From positions 2,698,507-2,762,506 of the forward strand of contig OY759598.1 in the NCBI GenBank assembly GCA_963662435.1: 64,000 nucleotides of DNA, written 5' to 3'. Below the pieces are notes generated by a model. The model was not told the DNA's origin, did no database searches, and saw only the letters and a list, made by a program, of their open reading frames with translations. Within the stretch, counting starts at the first letter, position 1, and each line of letters begins with the position of its first letter. Of this stretch, positions 49,544 to 58,411 are shown piece after piece. Origin of the DNA: Dehalococcoidia bacterium (GTDB taxonomy: Bacteria > Chloroflexota > Dehalococcoidia > Lucifugimonadales > VXLM01). Position numbers and translations under genes: made by a program.

Positions 49544-50146
49544 CTACACTTTCCAGTCTCGACCGAGCAGGGCCTTGATCACCGACTGGCTTGCCCGTCC
49601 CCGGTGGCTCACGCGGTTCTTCTCATCGAAGGACAATTCGGCCATCGTCCTGTTCATCTCCGGGATGTAGAAGAGGGGATCGTAGCCGAATCCCGACGCG
49701 CCCCTCGGCCTGTCGGCTATGACGCCCTCGCATCGCCCCTCGTACAACTCCACCGGACGGTCCGGTCGGGTCAGGGCGATGATGCACCTGAACCGCGCCG
49801 TCCACCTATCCCTGAGTATATTGTTCAGCTTTTGCAGCAGGAATGCAATGCGGTCGTCGTCGGTGGCGTCGTGACCGGCGTATCGCGCCGAGCGCACTCC
49901 CGGCTCGCCGTCCAGACCATCGACCTCCAGCCCTGAGTCGTCGGCCAGCGTCGGGAGGCCGCTCAGCCGTGCATAGGCCACGGCCTTGAGGGTGGCGTTC
50001 TCCGCGTAAGTGGCGCCCGTCTCGTCGACGTCAACGTCAATGCCGACATCGGACAGTGACACCAACTCGTACGGCGTCCGCGCGAACATCGAGGAGAACT
50101 CCCTGAGCTTGCCCGCATTGTGGGTCGCGATCAGGATCTTTTGCAT
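49544..50146 (-). CDS. rdgB: Non-canonical purine NTP pyrophosphatase
   Basis: ATHNAGK, ENA.LKA, ADDSGL, GFGYDP, SHR. Confidence 0.96.
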   Translation of the reverse strand: MQKILIATHNAGKLREFSSMFARTPYELVSLSDVGIDVDVDETGATYAENATLKAVAYARLSGLPTLADDSGLEVDGLDGEPGVRSARYAGHDATDDDRIAFLLQKLNNILRDRWTARFRCIIALTRPDRPVELYEGRCEGVIADRPRGASGFGYDPLFYIPEMNRTMAELSFDEKNRVSHRGRASQSVIKALLGRDWKV

Positions 50147-50164
50147 AGCGGGAACCTTGCATAA

Positions 50165-50227
50165 CCCCCTCTCCCGTTCGCGGGAGAGAGCCTACCCCGC
50201 ACTTGATGCGGGGGTTGGGGTGAGGGT
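50165..50227. repeat. CCCCTCTCCC/GGGAGAG hairpin repeat with a nested ~24-nt insert
   Basis: CCCCTCTCCCGTTCGCGGGAGAGAG[CCTACCCCGCACTTGATGCGGGG]GTTGGGGTGAGGG. Confidence 0.7.
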
Positions 50228-50239
50228 GAAAGACCCGCT

Positions 50240-51271
50240 CTAGTCAGCGGCCTCTTCCATCTCGGCAGTGTACTCGCCCCGCCTCGCGGCGGACGTTACC
50301 TTCGCGCGGTGGTAATAGGCCGCCTGCGCCGCCGGGATGTTGGCTGCCTCGCCGTTCCACGCCTTGAGGGGAGCCGCCTGCAGGCCCCGCCCGTAGGAGA
50401 AGCTCAGCTCCCACGACGCTCCGCAAGTCGCGGCATAGCGGTTGATGGCGTCGAGATTGACCGTGGCCTCGTCGTCGGACTGCCCGCCCGACAGGAACAC
50501 CACGCCCGGCACGGCGGCGGGAACGGTGTTCATGAAGCACTGCACCGTCATCTCGGCTACCTGTTGGGCACTTGCGCGGTTGGAGGCGTCCTTGCCTGAG
50601 AGGACCATGTTCGGCTTGAGCAGGGTGCCCTCCAGCGCGACGCGGTGGGTTCCGAGCTCGTAATACACCTCGCGCAGGGTGTCGGTCGTGACCTCGTAGC
50701 AGGTGTCGATGTCGTGGTCGCCGTCCATGAGGACCTCCGGCTCGACGATGGGGACAAGTCCCGCCTCCTGGCTCAGGGTTGCGAAACGGGCCAGGGCGTG
50801 GGCGTTGGCCTCGATGCAGCGGCGGGTGGGTATGCCATCGCCGATGGTGATGACCGCACGCCACTTGGTGAACTTCGCTCCAAGGTCGGCATACTCCAAG
50901 AGTCTGTCGCGCAGTCCGTCGAGACCCTCGGCGATGAGCTCGCCGTCGGTTCCCGCAAGCGGCTTGGTGCTCTTGTCCACCTTGATGCCCGGAATGATGC
51001 CCTGGCTCGACAGTACCTCGACCAGTGGTGTGCCGTCGGCACCCTCCTGGCGGAGCGTCTCGTCGTAGAGGATGACGCCGCTGATGTACTCCGCCGCTCC
51101 CGCCGTCCGAAACAGGCCCTCGCGGTAGTCGCGACGGTTCTCGAACGTCGACTCGACGCCGATGGAGTCGAAGCGCCTCTGGATGGTGCTGTCGCTCTCG
51201 TCCGCCGCCAGGATTCCCTTGCCCGGCGCTACGATGGCCTGCGCTACGTCGATCATGTCTTGAAGGTTCAT
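50240..51271 (-). CDS. Fructose-bisphosphate aldolase class I
   Basis: GKGILAADES, GIKVDK, KWRAV, VPIVEPEV, LLKPNMV, FLSGGQS, FSYGR. Confidence 0.96.
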   Translation of the reverse strand: MNLQDMIDVAQAIVAPGKGILAADESDSTIQRRFDSIGVESTFENRRDYREGLFRTAGAAEYISGVILYDETLRQEGADGTPLVEVLSSQGIIPGIKVDKSTKPLAGTDGELIAEGLDGLRDRLLEYADLGAKFTKWRAVITIGDGIPTRRCIEANAHALARFATLSQEAGLVPIVEPEVLMDGDHDIDTCYEVTTDTLREVYYELGTHRVALEGTLLKPNMVLSGKDASNRASAQQVAEMTVQCFMNTVPAAVPGVVFLSGGQSDDEATVNLDAINRYAATCGASWELSFSYGRGLQAAPLKAWNGEAANIPAAQAAYYHRAKVTSAARRGEYTAEMEEAAD

Positions 51272-51293
51272 GCCCGCTCCTTCCTCACTGTAC

Positions 51294-52289
51294 TCATGAG
51301 TTGAGAATCGACACGGTCTTCTCCACCACGTCGGCGGGGCCCAGCATCAAGGGCACCCGCTGGTGGAGAGCTTCCGGTTGAATATCCAATATGCGTTCGC
51401 GCCCCGACGACGCGGCCCCACCCGCCTGCTCGGCGACGAATCCGAGGGGATTAGCCTCGTACATCAGCCTCAGCTTGCCGTTGGGCGACTTGTCGTCCGC
51501 CGGGTACCAGAATATGCCGCCCTTGAGAAGATTGCGATGGAAGTCCGCCACGAGCGACCCGACGTACCTCAGTGAGTAGCCGTCGCGCAGCATTGTAGCA
51601 GCCGCGCGTGTCGGCTCGTCCCAGTTCTTGTAGTAGCCGTCCGGCACGCTGTAGTACTGGCACTTGGCCGGGAAGCCGATGTCGGGGTGCGTTAGCTCGA
51701 ATGCGCCGCTCGACGCGTCGAGAGTGAACCCCTGCACTCCCGCCGCCGTCGCGACGACGAACACAGTGCTCGAACCATACACGGCATAGACTGCGGCGAT
51801 CTGCTTGCTCCCCGGACAAAGCATCGAGTCGGCCGTCACATCATCACCCGGCTCCCGCTTCCAAATGCCAAATATCGAGCCGATGCTCACGGCAACGTCG
51901 ATGTTGGTTGAGCCGTCAAGCGGGTCCATGAGGACGACGTACCTTTGTGCGTCTCCATCTCCGACGATCACGCCCTCAGCGATCTCCTCGGAGCCGACTG
52001 CGGCAACGGCCCCAGACTTGGAGAGAACGTCGACGAAGATGTCCGAGCTCTGCTCGTCGAGGATCTGTACGACCTCGCCCTGCACGTTGACGTCGCCAGT
52101 CGTTCCGAGCACGTCCGCGATGGCCGCTGCCTGCACCTTCGCCTGGACGAGTCGCGTACCCTCGGCGATGGCAATAACGACCGCGCCGAGGCCTTCATGT
52201 GTAGGGTCGTCGCCCCATGCGGAGTCGACATACTGGGTCAGTGTTTGGCGTGAATTGGTCACGCTGGTTGCCGTCCTATCGTACTGCAA
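51294..52289 (-). CDS. fbp: Fructose-1,6-bisphosphatase class 1
   Basis: NVQGE, SEE, DPLDGS.NID, RYVGSLVADFHR, GKLRLMYEANP; start uncertain. Confidence 0.95.
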   Translation of the reverse strand: MQYDRTATSVTNSRQTLTQYVDSAWGDDPTHEGLGAVVIAIAEGTRLVQAKVQAAAIADVLGTTGDVNVQGEVVQILDEQSSDIFVDVLSKSGAVAAVGSEEIAEGVIVGDGDAQRYVVLMDPLDGSTNIDVAVSIGSIFGIWKREPGDDVTADSMLCPGSKQIAAVYAVYGSSTVFVVATAAGVQGFTLDASSGAFELTHPDIGFPAKCQYYSVPDGYYKNWDEPTRAAATMLRDGYSLRYVGSLVADFHRNLLKGGIFWYPADDKSPNGKLRLMYEANPLGFVAEQAGGAASSGRERILDIQPEALHQRVPLMLGPADVVEKTVSILNS

Positions 52290-52436
52290 ATTGTGGCGAT
52301 CCGTATGCGGTCGGACGTTCCGCCAATCAGCCTTGTACGATACCGAAAAGCGGCCGCCGACACAACAGGCAGACCAGCCGAATCTAGGTGAAGGACACTA
52401 TCGCTTTTGGTCGGTTGTCAGTCTTCACACAGACCG

Positions 52437-53897
52437 TCAATCCAACCCTAGAGGTCCGGCCGACGCATTGCGCAACGTCTCGATGAGTGCGGCATCAGGC
52501 GTGTAGATAAGAAATACACTCGATCCCTTTTGTTCGGCATAGACCGTCCGGTCGGACAGCGTGATGGAAACGGCCCCCGGCGCGATAGATGAGTCCAACC
52601 AGTTCGCGTTGGAGCGGGCTTCGCCATGTTGCTGAACTACTGCGAAGAATTCCTCGGCGTCTTGTTCTGTATCCCAAGCGGTCGCGAGGACAAGGAGTCC
52701 CCGGCCTTGCGGCCCCTCGAAGAGCGCGTAAGAGTCCCCGCCCCAGCCGGTCGAGGCTATCGAAGCCGCCTGCTGCGAGAAGTCGGTCTCCAGCCAGGCC
52801 ATGATGAAGAGCTCGCCGAGCACGTCCGTACGAACATGGGCCCACTCGTTGCCGAGGACCGCGCCAAAGTCAGGCACCTCTATGCTGATCGGCATCTCGC
52901 TCGCAGCATATTTATCCAGGTGGAGTATCTGCTCCGTCGATGCCGGTGGCGTCTCGAGGGCCTGGTTCAGCGCGCTCCAGCCGCCGGCCGACTGGAATAG
53001 CTGCACTGCGAAATCGAGCCCCTCCGCAAAGGGGAACACGAAGTTTCGGATGGCGATGTAGGGCGCAAAGTTGATGGCAGCACGAAACTCATCGCTCGGT
53101 TCGACGACAGAGGCCGCCTGCTCCTCCGGGGTGAAATGCTCCGAGGCGTAGATGTACTCTCCTATGCCGGAGTCACCTTCCAAGACCGCTCGAAGTGCCT
53201 GTCTTGCGTCCTCGTTGCCCTCGGTCGCTTCGTACTTCGTCCTGATGTCGAAGTTGACGGCCTGTAGATGATTGACGTATTCGTTGACGTATGTTCGCTC
53301 GTGGGCGAGTGAGAGTTCCTCGGAATCCAGAACGACGTACTGCCTTTCCTCGTCCAGGTTAAACCAGCCGAGAGTACCCTCGGTACTGAAGGTCAAGAGG
53401 GTGTCGTAGAGACTCGTCCCCGGCTCCATCAGGTCGAGGGTCTCGTACAGCAGTTGGTCGCCCTCAATCTTGTCCCTCCGCCCTTCGAACTCCTCTGCGA
53501 TCTGTTGCCGAAACTCCTCCGAACTCACGAGTTGTCGTTCTAGTACGGTTTCCAACGGGGCATCCAACGTCAGGCCCCGGATCATGTTTGCGCGAATCCC
53601 CGCCCTTGCCAGTTTCCTCGCGGCTATGTTGGCGACATTCGGCTCTTCCAGCGGAACGGGCACCGTCGGCAGAATCGGGTTCTCCGACGTGGCGGAGGGA
53701 GTGGGCGTCGCGGGCGCGCTCGTAGGCTCAGGTACGGATGTGGGATCAGGGGCCGCCGTGGATTCCGGAGAGGGAGGAGACGCCTGTGTGGGAGCGGGCT
53801 CCTCGGGGATGGAAGTCGGATCGCTGTCGGTGGTATCTCCACCGCAGGCTGCCAGTATCAACGCTGGCAATAGGAAGACCCACAACAGACGCTTCAT
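52437..53897 (-). CDS. Lipoprotein with a zincin-like domain (degenerate HExxH)
   Basis: Lipobox LAAC, Pro/Thr linker, TYVNEYVNHLQ, EGD, PPASTEQILH, GWGGD. Confidence 0.75.
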   Translation of the reverse strand: MKRLLWVFLLPALILAACGGDTTDSDPTSIPEEPAPTQASPPSPESTAAPDPTSVPEPTSAPATPTPSATSENPILPTVPVPLEEPNVANIAARKLARAGIRANMIRGLTLDAPLETVLERQLVSSEEFRQQIAEEFEGRRDKIEGDQLLYETLDLMEPGTSLYDTLLTFSTEGTLGWFNLDEERQYVVLDSEELSLAHERTYVNEYVNHLQAVNFDIRTKYEATEGNEDARQALRAVLEGDSGIGEYIYASEHFTPEEQAASVVEPSDEFRAAINFAPYIAIRNFVFPFAEGLDFAVQLFQSAGGWSALNQALETPPASTEQILHLDKYAASEMPISIEVPDFGAVLGNEWAHVRTDVLGELFIMAWLETDFSQQAASIASTGWGGDSYALFEGPQGRGLLVLATAWDTEQDAEEFFAVVQQHGEARSNANWLDSSIAPGAVSITLSDRTVYAEQKGSSVFLIYTPDAALIETLRNASAGPLGLD

Positions 53898-53949
53898 AAG
53901 GTCAAGTATCAACGGCGCCAGCTAGGGGTGTCAAGCGGACACCGAGTGG

Positions 53950-55017
53950 TCACTCGATGCTCGCCAGTTCCAACGGCAGGTTCATCTCCGACGATCTGTA
54001 CACTCCCAGCGCCGCCTGTAGCACCTTTCGGGAGAACTGGAAGTCCATCACCGGCTGCTCGCCGAAAATGATGCAGTCGATGAAGTTCCTCGCCGCGCCG
54101 TTGAAGCCCTCGATCCAGTCCATCGGGACGTCGAAGCCGGTCGACTCGTTGCCCCGGTGCAGGACAACCGGCGGCATGTCGAGCATCTCACCCGTGCAGC
54201 GCGTCACCCAGATGACGCCCTTGGATCCCACGATCTCGAAGAACTCGTCCATTGGGTAGTAACTGCTTCGGAGCGGCATCTCGTCGGCCAGCGCGTAGTC
54301 GATGACCCCAAGGCAGTTCCTGTCCTTGAACCGCCACATCGTGGAACTCGGCGCCTCGATGATGAAGTCGTCTGTCTTGGTTACGATGCTGTAGACGCTC
54401 TCGAAGTCTCCCACCCAGTACATCGCGGTCGCGTACTTGTGGACTCCGTCGTCATACAGTTTGCCGCCGGGGTTTCGCGCGGCGTCGCTCCGCCACTCCA
54501 TGGCGCCATCGGCAAGGTTGTAGTCGTTCACGGTGAGCTCGTAGCTGCCGATCACCGTGCGAATCCTCACCATGTTCGGGTCGCCAATCGCGCCCGAATC
54601 CAGCAGTTCCTTCGCCTTGACGATGGGCGGATAAAACAGGAAGTTCTCTGATATCCGAAACAGTGTCTTCGCCTTGGCAACGGCCTCACCTATCCGGTCC
54701 GCCTCCGCCATCGATATTGCGATGGGCTTCTGGCACGACACATGTTTGCCCGCCTCCAGCCCGGCGATTATCTGGTCGGCGTGGAGGTGCGTCGGCGTCA
54801 ACAGCTCCAGCGCGTCGACGTTGGGGTCCGCCAGCACCTCTTCATAATCGGTGTAGATGGCCGGCGATATTCTCCACTCCGCAGCGCACTCTTCGGCGCG
54901 CTCCCGAATGGGGTCGCAGAGAGCGACGATCTCACTCCGTTCGTCGCGCAGGTAGCCCGGCGCGTTCATTCGAGAGATAGTCCCGCATCCGACAATTGCC
55001 AATCGTACGCGTTCCAC
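53950..55017 (-). CDS. Gfo/Idh/MocA family oxidoreductase
   Basis: AIVGCG, TPTHLH, CQKP, GG.LYDDGVH; AAGGAG RBS. Confidence 0.9.
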   Translation of the reverse strand: MERVRLAIVGCGTISRMNAPGYLRDERSEIVALCDPIRERAEECAAEWRISPAIYTDYEEVLADPNVDALELLTPTHLHADQIIAGLEAGKHVSCQKPIAISMAEADRIGEAVAKAKTLFRISENFLFYPPIVKAKELLDSGAIGDPNMVRIRTVIGSYELTVNDYNLADGAMEWRSDAARNPGGKLYDDGVHKYATAMYWVGDFESVYSIVTKTDDFIIEAPSSTMWRFKDRNCLGVIDYALADEMPLRSSYYPMDEFFEIVGSKGVIWVTRCTGEMLDMPPVVLHRGNESTGFDVPMDWIEGFNGAARNFIDCIIFGEQPVMDFQFSRKVLQAALGVYRSSEMNLPLELASIE

Positions 55018-55027
55018 GTCTACTCCT

Positions 55028-55222
55028 TAGGGTGTTCAAATGGTACCCCGTTCACCCTGAGCAGCGCTACGCCCCGCGCGCGGGGTCATGCCGGGATGTC
55101 AGAAACGGGGAATGCAGGTAAGAGAAAGTACGTTCGCCCTGAGCCTGTGGAAGGGTGGTCACGTCGTTCAGAGTTCGACAAGCTCGCTACGAACGGTCTT
55201 CACAGATCCTTCCGACAGCCTC
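55028..55222. repeat. Family-A composite repeat
   Basis: Colinear with 27390-27565; ends AGGGTGTT and GACAGCCTC. Confidence 0.85.
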
Positions 55223-55657
55223 TTATTCGCTCCTCGATAGTTCGCCAAGCCAGCGAATACGCGATGACCGGTATCCTACTGCCTGCACGAAACGCCTGTC
55301 AGCCGTCCAAAGGTCGCACCGTTCAGACTCGGCCAGCGCCAGGTACAGCGTGTCATAGGTCGCGCCAACGCCAAGCGCCTGCGACATCGTTAGGGCGTCC
55401 GTGTAGAGGCCGACCGGCTCGTGAATGGAAACGGCGTCATTGATAGCGTCCATCGCCTCGATCGCGGCGCCGAGACCAAGCTCTCCACGCCGGATCTTCT
55501 GGTGCAGCACGTTCGTGACTTCCGGCCGAAAGACCGGCGGAGCAATGAGCAGCTCGGACTGTTCCACCCAGTCACGATAGAGCGCCACTGCCTCATCGCT
55601 GTCGAGCTCCTCAGCCACCCACTTGATGGCTATATTGGCGTCGACGACTACAGTCAC
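55223..55657 (-). CDS. vapC: VapC PIN-domain toxin
   Basis: VVDANIAIKW..EE, E..N.L, YD.LYLALAE, LWTADRRF. Confidence 0.92.
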   Translation of the reverse strand: MTVVVDANIAIKWVAEELDSDEAVALYRDWVEQSELLIAPPVFRPEVTNVLHQKIRRGELGLGAAIEAMDAINDAVSIHEPVGLYTDALTMSQALGVGATYDTLYLALAESERCDLWTADRRFVQAVGYRSSRIRWLGELSRSE

Positions 55658-56043
55658 CGCCCGTGCTCGTACGTGTCGCCGTCTGCGCCCGTCGAACGCA
55701 TATCGAGCTCTCGGCTGCGGGCCTCTCTCTGGGCACGAAGTATGTCGGTGCTGTCGCTCCCGGCGGACGTCACGCTGCCGCCTGCACGGATGGCGTTCAT
55801 CCTATTGAGCCTGTCAGCGGTCGCTACGCCCGTATACGCCGTGCTATTCATGTTCATGACGGTTTCTCCGCGGAACCGGCTGTCGAGGTCGTCAACTCTC
55901 ACCAGGGTAATTCTATCGTCACGAGGGTCCCTGGAGGAGCGGACCGCCCCGCTCTTGACGAGCCGGTGAATCTTCGTCCGGCTGACCTCGTAGGCCACGG
56001 ACGCTTCTTTTATCGACAGGTATTTACTCGAGTTGTCTTCCAT
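55654..56043 (-). CDS. Putative antitoxin with an N-terminal excisionase-like (HTH_17) domain
   Basis: YLSIKEAS..YEVSRTKIHRLVKSG; C-terminal DSTDILRAQRE resembles VapB tails; 4-bp overlap with vapC. Confidence 0.75.
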   Translation of the reverse strand: MEDNSSKYLSIKEASVAYEVSRTKIHRLVKSGAVRSSRDPRDDRITLVRVDDLDSRFRGETVMNMNSTAYTGVATADRLNRMNAIRAGGSVTSAGSDSTDILRAQREARSRELDMRSTGADGDTYEHGR

Positions 56044-56050
56044 ATCGCCT

Positions 56051-56116
56051 CTATCCGCACAGTATATACTATCCGCACGTTATATACAATAGGCACGATA
56101 TGTTCTTTATGTGCAC
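56051..56116. promoter_or_regulatory. 9/18-bp periodic direct-repeat array (putative operator)
   Basis: CTATCCGCACAGTATATA / CTATCCGCACGTTATATA / CAATAGGCACGATATGTT. Confidence 0.6.
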
Positions 56117-56141
56117 CTCTTCGTCTCTCGCCCGTGCGGCT

Positions 56142-56927
56142 CTAGTATTCGAGCACTTCGAATCCCCATTCAAGCGGCTTCTGCACCATCCGGCGAATCC
56201 GGGGCCTGTCGCTGTCGACGTAGCTCCGGGTCGGCCTGAGCGACCACGTGCTGGTGCCGTAGAAGTCCATTATCTGCTGCATATGCCTCTCGGACTTGGG
56301 GTTCTCGACGAAGCTGGCGCAAACCTGGTGTCTGCCCACTCCTCCGCCAAACGCCCCATGAATGACTCCCTCCGTGAATACCAGCACGTCCCCCGGCTCC
56401 GTCTCCAGCGCCACCGAGGGAATTTCGTCCGGACGCATTCCGAGTACCGGGCCATCCGGGTCGTAGTTACCTTCTCGGAGCACCGATAGGTGGTCAGGGT
56501 CGTGCCGTCGGTGCGACGCCGGAATCACGCGGAGGCATCCGTCATCCTTTGTAAGAGGGTCGAGGTAGATGGCAATCTTCACCCATCCCAGATCCTCGTC
56601 ATGCACATTATCGCCGTGCCAGTGGGTGTCCCCGACGCGCAGGTGGCCCTCCGTCCCGTCGAGCCAGAAGTCCGGCCCCAGCAAGGACTCCGGTATCTGG
56701 TGAATACGCTCGTCGTCGATCAGGTCTCGCATGGCTGGGTGACGTTCCAGCCACGGCTGTACGGACTGGTTCTCGACGGCCTGGTATTCGTCGGTCCCGC
56801 GCAGTTCCCGCATGACGCTCAGCGACGCCGCGCGAAGCTCGTCCATCTCGTCATGGGACAGCAGTCCTCGAAGTACGAGGAATCCCAACGCCTCATAGTG
56901 GTCGATCTGGTCTTGCGTCAGCACCAT
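56142..56927 (-). CDS. Phytanoyl-CoA dioxygenase (PhyH) family protein
   Basis: LTQDQI..Y...GFLV, WHGD, GCLRVIPASH, PGDVLVF...IHG. Confidence 0.92.
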   Translation of the reverse strand: MVLTQDQIDHYEALGFLVLRGLLSHDEMDELRAASLSVMRELRGTDEYQAVENQSVQPWLERHPAMRDLIDDERIHQIPESLLGPDFWLDGTEGHLRVGDTHWHGDNVHDEDLGWVKIAIYLDPLTKDDGCLRVIPASHRRHDPDHLSVLREGNYDPDGPVLGMRPDEIPSVALETEPGDVLVFTEGVIHGAFGGGVGRHQVCASFVENPKSERHMQQIMDFYGTSTWSLRPTRSYVDSDRPRIRRMVQKPLEWGFEVLEY

Positions 56928-56940
56928 GGGCCTCCTGAGT

Positions 56941-57079
56941 TAGCGAGTGCTTGCTGGACCGTGGAATCCGTTCGTGGTGAGCTTGTCGAGCCATGAACGA
57001 CATTCGGCCCTTCGACAGGCTCAGAGCCTGCCCCGTACCTGATAAGGGGGCGAACAAATTTCCTCTTGGACACTAACTA
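56941..57079. repeat. Family-A doublet with a nested 24-nt insert
   Basis: CCGTTCGTGGTGAGCTTGTCGAGCCATGAAC...CCCTTCGACAGGCTCAGAG[57027-57050]CGAAC. Confidence 0.85.
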
Positions 57080-57093
57080 GGTAGGGCACCTGC

Positions 57094-58335
57094 TCACGAC
57101 GTCCGAGCGCGCTCAATAGCCCCAATCCTTTCCTTCAGCGGAGGGTGCGTGTAGTTCAGGAATACATAGAAGGGGTGCGGCCCCAGGTTCGAAAGGTTTT
57201 CCTGCGAGAGCTTCTTCAGGCTGCTGGACAGCTCTTCCGGTCGGAAGTACGTATCAACAGACCATTTGTCGGCCTCGTACTCGTGCTTTCGCGATATGTA
57301 TTGCTGGACCATCGACAATACGATCTCGACGGGCGTGTACAGGAGACTGAAGAACAGCAGGCCGGCGTACACCGACATCTCATCCATCAGGAACGCGTCG
57401 AACAACCCCTCGCTGTTCAGGAAGATGGAGAGCAGGAAGAAGATGATGGCAGTGTGCACGATGCTCACTACCATCGATTGGATGATGTGCTTCTTCTTGT
57501 AGTGCCCGATCTCATGAGCGAGCACCGCCACGAGTTCCGGCACCGTGTGGTTCTCCACGAGCGTGTCGAACAGGGCTATGCGCTTGTTCTTCCCGAATCC
57601 CGCGAAGAAGGCGTTCGACTTGCTGGAACGCTTCGACCCGTCCATGACGAGGATGTTGTTGACCGTGAAGTTCACCGACTTTGCGTAGTCGAGGATGGAG
57701 TCCCTCAACTCTCCCTGCTCCAACGGCGTGAACTTGTTGAACAGGGGCATGATCCAGGTCGGCGCTACGAACTGGATTGTCAGCGTCACAACCGTCACGG
57801 CGCCCCAGGCGTACAGCCACGCCAGGTCGCCGGCGTACTCGAAAAATGCAAGAACCGCTGCCAGCAGGGGCGCCCCCAGCACGATCGCCAGTCCCAGTGC
57901 CTTCACCCTGTCCATGACGAACGTGCCCCACGTAGTCTTGTTGAACCCGAACTGCGCTTCGATGACAAACGTCTTGTAGATGCTGAATGGCAGGTTGATT
58001 ACCAAGTAGGCAAGCCCAAGCAGGCCGATGTAGACCACGCCCGTCAGGATCACGTGGAGTTCCCAGCCTCGCACCAGCTCATCGAGCCAGTTGAACCCGC
58101 CGAACAGCCAGAACGTCAGCAGCAACGCCAGTTTGAACGCGCTGACTATCAGGTCGAAACCCGTGTTGACCTTCGTGTACTCCTGCGACTTGGCATACTT
58201 TTCCGGCTCGTAGACGTCCTCCAGACCCTCCGGCGCTTCGGGTCTGAGCGCGGAAAGGTTCAGGAGGTTGGAAACGACGCCCAACAGGAATTCGACTACG
58301 ACGGCGATGAGTATTATGACGAAGAAGACGTTCAT
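57094..58335 (-). CDS. M48 family (STE24-like) metalloprotease
   Basis: DGSKRS..SNAFF.G, AHEIGH, EYEAD, THPPL.ERI; start approximate. Confidence 0.95.
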   Translation of the reverse strand: MNVFFVIILIAVVVEFLLGVVSNLLNLSALRPEAPEGLEDVYEPEKYAKSQEYTKVNTGFDLIVSAFKLALLLTFWLFGGFNWLDELVRGWELHVILTGVVYIGLLGLAYLVINLPFSIYKTFVIEAQFGFNKTTWGTFVMDRVKALGLAIVLGAPLLAAVLAFFEYAGDLAWLYAWGAVTVVTLTIQFVAPTWIMPLFNKFTPLEQGELRDSILDYAKSVNFTVNNILVMDGSKRSSKSNAFFAGFGKNKRIALFDTLVENHTVPELVAVLAHEIGHYKKKHIIQSMVVSIVHTAIIFFLLSIFLNSEGLFDAFLMDEMSVYAGLLFFSLLYTPVEIVLSMVQQYISRKHEYEADKWSVDTYFRPEELSSSLKKLSQENLSNLGPHPFYVFLNYTHPPLKERIGAIERARTS

Positions 58336-58411
58336 GACGCACTTACGGTAATGCCGAGTCGTCCCGACGGTCAAGAGCGGCGAGGATCTCCCGGCCTGTT
58401 GCCATGGATGT

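Noticed and set aside
2385..57079. Recurrent CTTCGACAGGCTCAG repeats as a CRISPR array
   Set aside because: They are dispersed and inverted, have no regular spacers, and no cas genes are present.
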